Assembly: GCA_038087875.1 (NCBI GenBank)
Contig: CM075998.1
Span: 4,032,001 to 4,096,000, forward strand
From: Malacoraja senta
Taxonomy: Eukaryota
DNA length: 64,000 nucleotides
Direction of reading: 5' to 3'
A program made the position numbers and the translations under genes. This document shows, one piece after another, positions 37,386 through 49,795 of the stretch. Under the pieces are notes generated by a model. That model was not told the origin of the DNA. It searched no databases and saw only the letters and a list, made by a program, of their open reading frames with translations. Every line of letters begins with the position of its first letter. Positions within the stretch are counted from its first letter, which is position 1.

Positions 37386-38275
37386 AAGATTTTCTGAATG
37401 GCTCAGTCTGATCCATTTGGAGTCGGATTGCATGGCTGGGGTAGTCATTGTGGTTGGTTTGTCTCCAGGCACTGTCCTTCAGGCTGCTCTTCTTCACTGG
37501 CAAATTCATCTCCCAGCGCTGTCCTGGCTTCTTGGGGCACGCAGTTCACTCCCCTCGATGTGGAAAACCTCCGGCACCCAAATGGTGGCAATTTAAAAAA
37601 AAAATGTGTGTAAAGAGCTGGTGCCACCCATTCTGATTCAGCCCAAGTCTGAGCACTTGGAATTATAACGATATCCAATTGTGACACCAAGTTCGGTCCT
37701 GTCGGGTAGTTGGACTCTAATCTCAAATGTCAGTCCAGAACACCTTATTTCACTCATAAAGGCACAATACCCTGAAGAGCAGTTTAAATGCTGCCTCTCT
37801 TCTGACTATCCTTTCAGAAGTTTATCTGTTATGAGAATACAGATACTTGGCTAACGCACACACGACAGTTTGCGCTGTAGGATGTTATCACACTTAAGTG
37901 AAACGGTAAAACCTTAAAGCTTGCATGTGGGCCAATGATTATATTTATAAACCATGCATGAGTAATTGTTAACTGTATAACCATTTGTCTTATGTTGCAC
38001 GTACTGAATGCAGAAGATGTTATCAGACTGCAAAACAAAGCTTTTATGATTTCTTGAGGACAGTGTATTATGCAATTGATAATATTCTCTTGCTGATTTC
38101 TGCACTTCTGGGACTAAACTTACGATTCGGCCTCTGGAGAAATGATACTGCAGTTCCCAGCACAAAATGGCAGGAGAAACTTATGAGCCAGCATTGACTC
38201 CGCTCCATCAAGCATCTAGCTTCCTTTTTATTAAAAAGGTTCTCGGTCAACTAAAATAGCTTAACTTGTATTGTT

Positions 38276-38400
38276 CAAGAAAGAACTGCAGATGCTGGAG
38301 AATCGAAGGTAGACAAAATTGCTGGAGAAACTCAGCGGGTGCGGCAGCATCTATGGAGCGAAGGAAATAGGCAACGTTTCGGGCCGAAACCCTTCTTCAG
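38276..38400 (-). mobile_element. PLE repeat subfamily B with intact hammerhead core
   Basis: TSD acttgtattgtt (38264-38275 and 38401-38412); minus strand GU-CUGAAGA-AGGGUUUCGGCCC-GAAAC-GUU-GCC. Confidence 0.85.
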
Positions 38401-38759
38401 ACTTGTATTGTTTTCTTTTATGAAAAGTTTGCCACCAAGACTTTATTTTTTTTGTGTGTGTGTGCACGCGTGTGGTCTCTCGCGCAATCTCACTCTCTTT
38501 TAGATGGAAACAAAAATCAATGTTTTTTGTTTCTTCCCATTATTGTTGTATCTGATGCAGAAGACCTCTGGTAAGCTGGAGACATCAACGTAACCAGTAC
38601 TGTACACTGAAGATTAAACGCATCCTATGCCCAATGTGTTTATCCCATCAAGATTTAAATATGGCAGTTGCATTTGTGGGAATTACTGGATTCAGCATTT
38701 GTTTTTGGGATTCACTGGTATGGTGGTAGGTTAGTGGTGCCCGTGGAGATTTATTTGGA

Positions 38760-38949
38760 GGTAGACAAAATTGCTGGAGAAACTCAGCGGGTGCGGCAGC
38801 ATCTATGGAGCAAAGGAAATAGGCAACGTTTTTCGGCCCAAAACGTTGCCTATTTCCTTCGCTCCATAGATGCTGCCGCACCCGCTGAGTCTCTCCAGCA
38901 ATTTTGTCTACCTTTGATTTTCCAGCATCTGCAGTTCCTTCTTGAACAC
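38760..38949. mobile_element. Fold-back PLE repeat (subfamily B)
   Basis: 14-bp TSD gagatttatttgga (38746-38759 and 38950-38963); near-perfect inverted arms. Confidence 0.85.
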
Positions 38950-39859
38950 GAGATTTATTTGGATCAGTCTTTAGGGGAGAAAAACGCACATTTTTTTTCA
39001 CCCAAACACACGGGGGGAGAGAGAGAGAGTAAGAGTGCATGTACAAAAATGTCTGATAGTGAACTCCAACTAAATAATGCTAGTTTAATGCAAAAAAGTA
39101 GAAGGCTTGCACCAACCATAGTTCACTGGAATCCAATTTGTAGGGGCAGTATGTTTGGGAGCCAACATCTATGTACCTATTCCTCGGGCAAATGTAGCTG
39201 GTGTACATTGAAGTATCTTGTCTGGAATACCAGATTAATAACTATTTCTACATCATTAATGCAGCCCATTCTTTTAAATATTTGATGGGGTGAAGTACAT
39301 TATGTATTGCTAGCAGTGTACAATGAACCAGTTACCAGGTGGACTAAATTCTTAGCTTTTACGCTGTTATACATTCTGTTCAATTTCAAAGAAAGTGGAC
39401 TGAGACTTTGACCTAGTTTTCATAAAATGCTTTGTTTCTAACTGAACATTAGCTTCCTTTCCTTGATCTGATTTCAACATATGTCTTGCAGGCAGTTGGT
39501 TGATTTGAACTTCACCGCAGTAATTCATGAATTTCTGCTCCACATTCACCACACTGAAGCTGTGTGTGTGTGTGTGTGTGTGGGGGGGGGGGGGTTGAGG
39601 TGTGTGTGTGGGTGGGGGGTGAATGAAATTCTCAGATTCTCAATGGGGTCATCATCACCTCGCACTGAAATAGCCGAGTCATTTCAAAGAGAAAGCTTTA
39701 TTCTCCCCAGTTTAACAGGCTCAAGGCATACGTAGCACAAATGACTTGATCCAAGCGCTGTGTTGGATGGTCTTAATCAGGGTCTCATTCAATTTGAAAA
39801 TTTAAGGAACGGAAAGCAAATGAAATTGTACGTCGTGTGGTCCAACTTGTGCATTGTGT

Positions 39860-40059
39860 NNNNNNNNNNNNNNNNNNNNNNNNNNNNNNNNNNNNNNNNN
39901 NNNNNNNNNNNNNNNNNNNNNNNNNNNNNNNNNNNNNNNNNNNNNNNNNNNNNNNNNNNNNNNNNNNNNNNNNNNNNNNNNNNNNNNNNNNNNNNNNNNN
40001 NNNNNNNNNNNNNNNNNNNNNNNNNNNNNNNNNNNNNNNNNNNNNNNNNNNNNNNNNNN
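39860..40059. other. Assembly gap (200 N)
   Basis: Run of n characters. Confidence 1.
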
Positions 40060-40306
40060 GTGTGAAGCCGTAGCCCCCCCCCCCCCCCCCCTGCAAGCGC
40101 ACGTTGAGGGAACGGGACCCAGCGGTCTCCCCTCTCCCCACCCTGTCTCCCCACCCCGTCTCCCCCTACCCCCCCTCTCACCCCCCCTCTAACCCCTCCC
40201 CCCCTGTGTGTGTGGAGGGTGGTTAGCGTGCGTGTGAAGCCGCAGCATCCCCCCCCCCCAACCGCGCGTTGGGGGAACAGACCCAGCGGGTCTGCACATG
40301 GTCTAG
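40060..40306 (+). mobile_element. Helitron-like 3' end (rest lost in gap)
   Basis: gcgttggggga...cagaccc-agc-gggtctg hairpin (40278-40294), CTAG at 40303-40306 followed by T; homologous to 7746-7803. Confidence 0.62.
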
Positions 40307-41253
40307 TATATTATTATATTTTAACTTTTGAAATAAGGCTGTAAGGATTTGTTTGAGAATTTTCTACGTTATGCCGATCTAGTCTGGTAATTATAATTGC
40401 CTTGTTGCTGGAAGGTTTGTAGGGGAAACCTTAACCTCCCAAAGCATCTCCATCCCTTGCTATGAAATTCAATGCTGGAGCTGGCAAAAATGAATGTGAA
40501 ATGATCCGCATGAAGTTATTCAATGCTTATAGCCTGGTGCTGAATTATTCAGTGTTCTGTATATTGCGTGGATAAAATAATCAACAATTAGCCGTGACTT
40601 GGGTCTCGCAACAATGTGATCTCGCATCAGTTTGGTGACTACAATCAAAGTATCGATTCGTTACGTTGTGAGAAGATGTACAAAGGCTTCTAAACTTTAA
40701 TCAAAGCTCTTGTCATGTGCTGCTCATTTTCAACTGTTACAGCAGGATTATTTAGGTGTCTTTACAAAGAATTGCTGTCTCAAACTAACTAGGGCTGGAG
40801 ACGAAAGAGACAAAGGAATGGGAAGGCTATTAATAATGAAAGTAATAATGCAGGACTTAATAATGGGCATCCAATGGTGGGAAAATGACTTTGTTTTAAA
40901 AACTACAAATTCTAGAATGAAACTTAAACAGGAGAAGTTTCCAGATAGTAAAGGGTAATGAATATCAAGGGATTTGTTTAACACATTGGTGTTATTGCTT
41001 GGCGCGTCCTCGCTCGTGAGTCAGACGATGTTGCTCGCTGTTGGCTTCTGCCGTCGTCCAACATGTTGACAGAATTGTCGCCCGACGCGTCACAGAGCGC
41101 ATCGCGTCATCGCTTCCAGGGATCGCCACGAGGGGGCTTCTGTCATGATCCCCATTGGCGGTGAAAATAAATGGAAATCAAAGCTTTGTGCTAATATGCA
41201 CACGTAAGCCTTGATTCATGCTTTTCTGGCCAAATGAAAATGTCAGCAACTTA

Positions 41254-41452
41254 AGAGCGTGTCCAATTTACGCGACATGCCTTGCTTGGGGTGACGCCTG
41301 TATGGTCGTGAGTAGTCGCCCAAAGAGTCGTACCTTTTTCTGGTCGCCGCTGGATTTTCAACATTTTGAAACTTTTCGGCGACCTGCTGCGACTATGACG
41401 GCTGCTGGCAAGTCGCTGAAAAAAACGCGTGAAAAAAAGTGGGACAGGCCCT
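41254..41452. mobile_element. Harbinger-type MITE family H3, internally deleted, opposite orientation
   Basis: TSD tta/tta; body is the reverse complement of 36502-36670. Confidence 0.82.
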
Positions 41453-41919
41453 TTACTTTTTATGATGTTTCAAGACACCAGCCATAGTCTTGCTTCGGTA
41501 AAGTAACATTTTAGACAACTCACTTCATCTGTGTATGTATTTCTAGTTCAGGGCTGACCATGATTTTCACTTGATCTACTAAATGATTAAAGTTTCTTTT
41601 TGAAAAGTATTTTCTCTTTTTGTTGCAAATTGTGTTTGACAAGGTGGATGACAACGTGATACTTCTGATATCGCCACTCTATCCTCTGTAAAGGCAAAAC
41701 TGTGTCTTGCATACTTTGTGCTCACAAACCCTCTCATCTTAGCTTGCATTTCCTTACACGAAACAGATGAATGAAAGTTTTATCGCAGCATGGTTCATAA
41801 ACCTGAAGTATAATTGTAATAACTATGTATCTCTTACTTCCAAAGCAGTTGTTTATACTGTCAGTGCTCAGAACAGTTTACACTGTATACCTTGGTGAAA
41901 GAATAAGGAGAATAGCAAT

Positions 41920-42228
41920 GTGTAGGAAGGAACTGCAGATGCTGGTTTACACCGAAGATAAACACAAGTGTTTAAGAAGGAACTGCAGATGCTGGAAAAT
42001 CGAAGGTAGACAAAAATGCTGGATAAACTCAGCCCGTTTCGGCCCGAAACGGTGCCTATTTCCTTCGCTCCATAGATGCTGCTGCACCCGCTGAGTTTCT
42101 CCAGCATTTTTGTCTACCGAAGATAGACACAAAACCTTTTGGGTCATCACTTCCCGAAACGTCACCCATTCCTTCTCCCCAGAGATGCTGCCTGTCCCGC
42201 TGAGTTACTCCAGCTTTTCAGTGTCTAT
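41920..42228. mobile_element. Nested PLE repeats (B fold-back inside A)
   Basis: Duplicated accgaagata(a/g)acacaa at about 41951 and 42116 brackets the B-type insertion. Confidence 0.78.
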
Positions 42229-44149
42229 TTTAGCATTGTAGCAATGATTGGCAGTTGTCTCGATTTTGAAGGCAACAGTTCATCATGTTATTGTTCCAAG
42301 TGTGTGCCTGTGTGTTTTAATGGCGTTTTGGGTGGATACAAGACAGATTGCATTTAGCTCAAAAGACCGGGAATGCCTGAAAGAATATGACGTCATCTTT
42401 CTGTGCTCTAAAAGTCTTAAGTGAAAGCTTTGACAGCCAGATGTTAATTCCATTTTTTTCCCTTACTGAGCAGCTGTCGTCATCTTCATGGTTTCCATAG
42501 CAGCCCTTTTCCCTCTCGGCAGCACAATATCCGAGGAAATGTTAACAGATTTATTCATGAGAGTAGCTTTACATATATTCTGTTTAAACTTATTGTAAAT
42601 CATGGTTTTATTCATTTGCAATATGCCTTCAAGATGTGTTATTTAGAGATGCCTTTTTTAAAACTGTTCAGATCATTTAATGAAGCACTTTGAATTATTC
42701 ACGGAGACTGTAATTGAATCTATTTTTCACATGCTCAGGATTTCATTTAGTTCTTTCAAGGTGGAGCTCGTTTGCCATGCATTGGGTTGGATGGTTCAGC
42801 TGCAGTGTTAAAAGCTTTAATGGTGCCATGGAAGGGCAGTGCAGGTTATAATTTCCGTCGGTGGAGAGAGGAAGCTGGAGAAGGAGCAAAGCATTTGCAC
42901 GCTGCAGTTGTCTCTGACACTCCCCTCCTCTCCTGGCAGCCCACTGCTTTCTGCCCTCACCCCTCCACTCAGCTGACCACTGCGCCCCACTTTATGCCAA
43001 CACTTCTCTTCCTCTGCCGGCCGTCCCATCCCTGCAGGCCAGTCCCAGCTTTCTGCTGACATCCACCCCCTCTCTCTCTGCTCAGGCCCCTCTCTCTGCT
43101 CAACCCTCCCCCTGGCAGCAGACCCCCCCACTCTTTGCTGACATACCCCCACCGAACTTTCCCTCTCTTCCACGTCACCCCCTTCACGCCCCTTATCTCT
43201 TGCTCTCTCCCCTTGCCCTGTCATGTTCCTGCAAGCTCCCATCCAAAATGTTTGTGTATATACATGTAAACCAGAAATATATGCGCGTGTCTGTATATCG
43301 CATTGTTTATTCCATTATATATCTGAAGCATCACTAAAGGACTATGTGCTTGACGACAATAATTATGCGCCTTAACTGTTTCATTAATTTAAATATTTAT
43401 TCTGACTTCCCTTTTTCTCATCAAAATTGCCGTGTACTGAATGTACGTATTGTCTATTTATACTAAATGTTAGTTTCATAAATGATTGCAACCACTGATT
43501 TTGCAAGGTGTCCTCCTTTGGAACAAACTGATTGTGTTTACACTGCAAGGAACTGCAGATGCTGATATCTTGAGCAAAGCGCACAAAGTGCTGGAGGAAC
43601 TCAGCGGGTCAGGCAGCATCCGTGGTTGGGGGGTGGATGGAAAGGTGACGTTTCGGCATGGGGGCCCTTCTTCAGACTGATTGTAATAGAGGAGAGCAAG
43701 CTGGAAAAGTGGGAGGGGGGGGGGGGGGAGTAAAGTATTACTTGAAATTGGACAATTCGATGTTCACGTTGAGTTGTAAGCTACGTAAGCAGCGTCTATA
43801 TAAGGTGCTGTTTCTCCAGTTTGAATGTGGCCTTGCTCTGCCAGTGGAAAAGGTCAAGGACAGAAAGGTGTTTAGCCGTTAACATTTCCTTAATGTCATT
43901 CGGAATATAAGTAGACTTCACCATGTACAGCAGGCACGGTGGGTTCAGTATTAGTATTTCATACACAATTGCCATAAGAAGTGAGGAAGAAACAAATAGC
44001 CGATTGGATTCCAATTCAATCGCCTCAGTTATTAATAATAACACAAATATAGTTAAGGGGATTAACAGATGGTCAGCCAACGTTCAGGGAAAAAGCTGGA
44101 GTGACTCAGCGGGATAGGCAGCATCTCTGGGTGACCCTTCTTCAGAATC

Positions 44150-44555
44150 ATGTTGCAGCTTTATAAAACTTTGGTTGGGCCGCATATAGAATGCTGAGTG
44201 TAGTTCCAGTCGCACCATTACAGGGCGGGTATGGAGGCTTTGGAGAGAGTGCAGAAGAGCTTTGCCAGAACGCTGCCCGGATTAGTGGGTATAAGCTGTG
44301 AGGAAAGGTTGGACAAACTTGGATTGTTTTCTCTGGTGTGTCAGAGGCTGAGGGGAGACCTGATGGAGGTACGTCAAATTATCAGAGGCACAGATAGGGT
44401 AGACAGAACTTTTTCTCAGGGCATGGCTCTGAGCTGAGAGGGGCAAAGTTTAAAGGTGGGATATGGATTATGTGTGGGCAGAATGGACTAGTTTAATTTG
44501 GCATCATGTTTGGCAGAAACATCATGGGCTGAAGGGCCTGTTCCTGTCCCGACCA
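44150..44555 (+). mobile_element. CR1 LINE 3' fragment
   Basis: MEALERVQKSFARTLPGL...LGLFSL..RLRGDLMEV. Confidence 0.8.
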
Positions 44556-44562
44556 GTTCTCT

Positions 44563-44960
44563 GTGTAGGAAGGAACTGCAGATGCTGGTTTACATTGAAG
44601 ATAAACACAAAATGCTGGAGTAACTCAGTGGGTCCGGCAGCATCTCTGGAGAAAAAGAATCGGTGATGTTTTGGGTTCACTGGCGTCCTGCTTAGTTTCA
44701 CTGTTTGTATCCACTCATTATCACCCTTTCCACAGCCAACAATGGACCATTGTGCGCTCCACCTTTCCTTGTTCATCGTTCTGGCTTTGATTTGTTCTTT
44801 CCATACCTTTCATTCATTTGTTCTTTGTACCTTTTCATGCCTCTAGTTTCCCTCTCCACTGACTCTCAGTCTGAAGAAGGGCCTCGAACCCAAAACGTCA
44901 CCTATTCCTTTTCTCCAGAGATGCTGGCTGACCCGCTGAGTTATTGCTGCATTTTGTCGA
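44563..44960. mobile_element. PLE 3' end with inverted repeat arm (subfamily A)
   Basis: Minus-oriented arm 44563-44675, pyrimidine-rich UTR-like middle, plus-oriented ctgaagaagggcctcgaaccc arm. Confidence 0.7.
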
Positions 44961-45408
44961 TCCCCTGTCCAGTTCTAGGTTCTGTAATATGTTGAACTGC
45001 ATGAAACAACAGTTGTGTTTAACATGTTATATGCAGCACCAATATAATTCATTCCTATGGTACTGAAAATAATGCTATTTGCACAAGAAATGAGTAATTG
45101 GCGATTGTAATTGGGGATACCTAAAAAAATTTAGAGTTTCATTCATGAATGAGTTGCTTATGTTTTATAATTCTGGTAATAAACCAGGATTAAATTACTA
45201 GGCATTGTCATATTTAATGCACAACTGGATTATGACAGACACACGAGGCATTCCTATATTTTATCAAGCATTAAATATGATGGGTCTTCATCAATGCCAT
45301 TTGCCTTTATTCTTTGGGTTTGGGCTTAAGTAAAGCATTTTTGTCATCAGGAACCTGACTTAAGTCTTTCTAAATCGATAGAAATCGCTAAACCTTTATA
45401 CAGCTTAA

Positions 45409-45727
45409 TAGCCCTGTCCCACGGTGCGAGTTGATTCCAAGAGCTCTCCCGAGTTTTAAAAAAATCAGACTCGTGGTAAGCACGGAGAATGAACGTAGCG
45501 GGTACGTCGGAGCTCGGGGACGTCTCTTAGCGCTAACGGCAGGTACTCTGGAAGACTCGCTAACGGCAGGTAAGCACGGGAAGACTCGTGAAGATTTTTC
45601 AACATGATGAGAAATGTCCACGAGAGCCCCGAGTACCGACGAGTGGCCATTACCGTAAATCTCCGAGTTCGAATCAGGGCAAACTCGGGAGAGCTCTTGG
45701 AATGAACTCGTACCGTGGGACAGGGTT
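45409..45727. mobile_element. Harbinger-type MITE family H1
   Basis: gccctgtcccacggtgcgag / ctcgtaccgtgggacaggg; taa on both flanks. Confidence 0.85.
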
Positions 45728-46236
45728 TAAGGATAATGATCTCTTCCACTGTGTAAAGTAATTCTTCTTGAACCTTGTGGCTTTCCAAAATCCAAACCTC
45801 CAATTCTCCTTTGAGACGGAACGATGGAAGCCAGAAATATTTGAAAAATATGATATAAATTAACGCCTTAAGGCTGTAGTGTGGGGTAGGGTAGTGTTTT
45901 TATTTGCAACCAAACTCCCACTGGTTCTTTCAACTTCCCTTAATTTCACGGATCTCTACTGATTTCTGCTTTAGAAACTCAGCAGCTTAATTTGACAGTG
46001 CACCGTCATGAACCTAGACTGGATGTTGCTTTTGATTCCTGCTTCCTTTGAGAAGCACTCGGAGTCCACGTGAATCTGCCAATATGCCTGTTGATAGAGA
46101 GAGCGTGTTTTAATAATCATGGTCATCCCAGTCGCCCATCACATTCACTTTGTCCTCCTAAGAAAATGTACTGCCCAAAACCAAAGTTCCCGGAAGAAGT
46201 GTATGTTAACTTCTAGCTTTTCCTTTATCTTCGCAG

Positions 46237-46448
46237 GAAGCACAGGAGAGACAACGGCATGCTTTGACCATAGACATACTGTACTCGATCCAGAAAACAC
46301 CACAAGTATCAGCAACATGAGATACGCATTTGCCAACGCTGAACAGGTCCAGTTCCATTGAGACACCACTTCTTTGACCACAAAACAAAAAGTTTGCTTT
46401 TTACGTGATACGGGTTTAGCACAATATTACAACAGGCTGCAGCTCCTG
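46237..46448 (+). other. R3HDM2: Probable 5'UTR exon of R3HDM2 (212 nt) containing upstream ATGs
   Basis: Strong acceptor (ttaac...cttttcctttatcttcgcag) and consensus donor CTG|gtaagt in non-repetitive sequence 3.3 kb upstream of the ATG exon. No transcript evidence available. Confidence 0.55.
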
Positions 46449-46551
46449 GTAAGTGCTTTATGCAAGGTTTTCTGAATCAACTTGATTCACCTGGATGTTA
46501 TGTATTGTGTTGGAATTTTTGTGTGAGCAGAGATCCAGAATGGGTCATGAC

Positions 46552-46996
46552 TTTTTAAAAATATTTTTATTAGAAGCATATACCTATCATAACCAAAACA
46601 CGATTTGCTTACCAGTAAAGCTTCTATTTTTTAATTATTTTTTTTGGAAGATAGAGCTATAGAGAGAAAAGAAATAAGGGAAGAGAAAAAGGAAACTATA
46701 ACCTAATAGAGAGGGGGAGGGAGAAAAAAAACCCAAAGAAGATTACCAATAACACAATTTTGGGAGATAGGTCTGTAGATTATAGAGTGTAATTGTTCAT
46801 CCAGTCCTGGATTCGTTTCAGTCCAGCTTCCGTGTTGAACCAGTTTACCCTTTTAGAAAATCAATAAATGGAGACCATATTCTAGCAAATAGTTCTGATT
46901 TGTCAATTAAGACAAGTCAACTTTTTTCCAAGTGTAAGGTCTCAGACATTTCCGTGATCCACATTTGTTGGATTTTCCCAAAATTTGAATATTAAA
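46552..46996 (-). mobile_element. L1-type LINE 3' end
   Basis: Minus strand reads WITEMSETLHLEK...ELFARIWSPFIDFLKG*, then AATAAA and A tail; near-TSD gggtcatgac / ggttcatgac. Confidence 0.7.
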
Positions 46997-48032
46997 GGTT
47001 CATGACAGTTTTTAAGGTGTTTCAAAATGTCAGCATTTAAATTCTTGTTTTACTTGGGAATTACCTTTTCATTGAGAATATTGGTCATTCTTTTACTTCT
47101 CTAAATGAGCGTTACACTTGTGTGGGGGGCAGCAGGGAATGAATACAAGCTTTCTGGTTGAATGGACAGAGCAAAGGCAGACCACATTTCCTGAACATCG
47201 ATCCATTAATGTCTATTGTAGCTAGATGTTTATAACTTGGGTTCTTTGTTTGGAGAAGTCGGCAGCACACACTCCACGGTTGTCCTGAAAACAGCTGGGG
47301 ATGATGGAGAAAAAGAAGCAAGGATCTTGTACCTTATTTCTAACCATGTAGGCCAACAAAATGAATGATGTTAAATTGCCATGCACAGAGCGTCAGGATA
47401 TAAACAAACAGAAATTTGTGAGTGAACTGCACATTGCTTCATCTGGAGCCCACTTTACCACGTGCAGTAGTTGAGGCAGGTTCCGTAACAACATTTAAAA
47501 GACAGATACATCGATAGGGATGATTCAGTGGGATATGGGTCAGGTGCTGGTAAATGGGACTAGCTTGGAGGTCGTCTTGGTCAACATGGACAAAGGACCT
47601 GTTTCTATCTATGACTCTAACTCTGGCTTATGTTAGTCACTGAAGGACACAGTCGAAAAAGTCACGAGGTTGCTCTCTAGCATCAAGGGTTATGAGGAAC
47701 GATGGGATCAACTCTTGGGATTTTTAATGTTGGGTGATGATTTCTGAGAAGTGAGCTTGCATGTAAAGTTATGAATCATTTGGAGTCTGTTCCAAATACA
47801 AAATATTAATTTGCAAAAGTAAAACGCAAGGCCACAGGTTCAAATTGTAAAAAGCACATTTTTAGCACTGACTAAATGACCGATCAGGAACAAACTCTTG
47901 GAGATGTGGATCTTGCGAAGCCTCGATTGAATTTAAGGGTGATTTTGTGGAAGTGAGGTAGGCTGATGGTGGGGAGAAGAGCAGGGAGAAATATTTACAC
48001 TGGGACTAAGGTGGGTCGTCCTATTTTACAAT

Positions 48033-48398
48033 TGCCATGTAATCCCGTGCTACCTACTCCATGGTCGGATAGTCAGCGACTAAACCGTCTCCCCCACCTG
48101 GTTTGCCAGGTGAGGAGGGGGCTGTGGACCCCCAGCAGGACCCAATACAAGAGCTGTCAAAGGGCGGATGAGATTCTAGCGAGCCAACGGCCATCCACAC
48201 ATCAGTAGAAGTTGCGATCACTGTCGTACACGGCATTGTAAGGAATGATGATAAAGCACACACACAAATACTGTACTTCCAGCTGCGGAGGTCCGCAGGA
48301 ACCTGGAGGACAGAGATGTGTGGTGCGTCTGTCACCGTTCCTGTTGGAAACCAGCACCACTGCGTCGCTAAAGTTTTCAACCATGATGAATGAATGAA
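48033..48398 (+). mobile_element. Short RTE-like non-autonomous retroposon
   Basis: (tgaa)n tail, imperfect TSD tattttacaat / tatcgtacaat, hairpin-rich 5' half. Confidence 0.5.
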
Positions 48399-48644
48399 TA
48401 TCGTACAATCTAGCATCAAGCTGGTCACAGGCATATTGATGTTGCAGACACAAAATACTGGAGTAACTCAGCGGGATAGGCAGCATCTCTGCAGAGAAGG
48501 AATGGGTGACGTTTCGGGTCGAGACCCTTCAGATGTTGCATGTTGGGGGAAGGACTGCACGTGGCTGAGATGGACTGCAAGTGCTGATCATTTCTGTGAA
48601 TCGCCAGTGATGTCAATCTGTTTTGAATGCTAATGTGTTATGAT

Positions 48645-49005
48645 GAAGTGCGCACATTTATATCGGCGCTTTTATGACTTAAGACTTCCCAAAGTGCCTC
48701 ACAGCCGATGCAGTTCATCTTTAAGTGGTGACGTTGTAATGTATGAAAGTGGCAGCTAAATTGCACACAGCATGTTCTTAACATTAATGTGACAACAACT
48801 AGATAATGTGGTTTAGAAATGAGTACTGTGTAATAAATATAGTCGAAGACATCAGGGATAACTCAATAATCTTATTCAAAAACGAATTTTAGCATTTTTT
48901 GCATAGACCTGAGCAGGCAACCTTGGTTTAACATCTCAAGGTGATACCTCCAGCAGTGCAGAGTTCACTCAATACTGCATTAATGTGAGAGTTTGGATTA
49001 CATTC
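48645..49005 (-). mobile_element. Ancient DeuSINE (SacSINE1-like)
   Basis: catttatatcggcgctttt...ggcagctaaattgcacacagca...cttggtttaacatctc...acctccagcagtgcagagttcactcaatactgca resembles the recalled consensus in reverse. Confidence 0.6.
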
Positions 49006-49286
49006 ACAAAGGGATTTATATGCACGACCACCTAACTCGGACAAGAATGGTTCCATTGGGCCAAGGATGTTGTATTGTCCAGCTCAATTAAAATAAAAAT
49101 GTTATAATAATGATTGAAAGAAAATCTATGATTAGTAATCACGAAATGTCTTATCCAATGTTGACGGTGTGGATAGGGGGAATATGATAACTTGGGAAAA
49201 CAACATGCATTGCTTGAATGGCACAAGAATCGATCAATCAGTATAATTTTTTTAATTTACATTTTTCCAAGAAGCTCTCTGTCTCT

Positions 49287-49731
49287 TTTTCTTCTGTCGT
49301 GTGTCTTTTAGACCTGCAGCTCCGTTGAGGCGAGCCAGGCCACGTGTCATCGTCCAGGTCAATCAGACCTCGTTCACCATTCGGTGGCCGGTGTTTGGGC
49401 AACTGGTGACGATGTGCTCCACTGTCTGTGTTGGGTCCCCACACTCACAGGAGGCACTCGCTGTCCACGAGGCCCCACCTCTTCATCGCTACTCCATAGC
49501 GTCCGATGCCTGTCCTCAAGCGGTTGAGGGTTGTCCACTGCTTTCGGGGGCAGGTCCTGGCCAGGGACGTCCATGGGTCATTGATGTACTGGTGTAAGTC
49601 TCTGAAGAAGGGTTTCGGCCCGAAACGTTGCCTATTTCCTTCGCTCCATAGATGCTGCCTCACCCGCTGAGTTTCTCCAGCATTTTTGTCTACCTTCGAT
49701 TTTCCAGCATCTGCAGCTCCTTCTTAAACAA
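49287..49731. mobile_element. Chimeric insertion: Vingi-like LINE 3' end (minus, 49287-~49597) joined to PLE-B repeat (~49600-49731)
   Basis: Single 12-bp TSD ctctctgtctct (49275-49286 and 49732-49743); minus frames RKQWTTLNRLRTGIGR..MKRWGL and CECG..QTVEHIV..CPKHRPPNGERGLIDLDDDT; tail acgacagaagaaaa. Confidence 0.8.
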
Positions 49732-49795
49732 CTCTCTGTCTCTGTTGCAGGTTTCTGCTGTGTAGCACACCCTTAATTATTTTCGCATTCTGAAG

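Noticed and set aside
37681..37720. Third Helitron end on the minus strand
   Set aside because: Only acttggt matches; no clean hairpin or CTAG.
39760..40192. ORFs spanning the N run
   Set aside because: Artefacts of the assembly gap.
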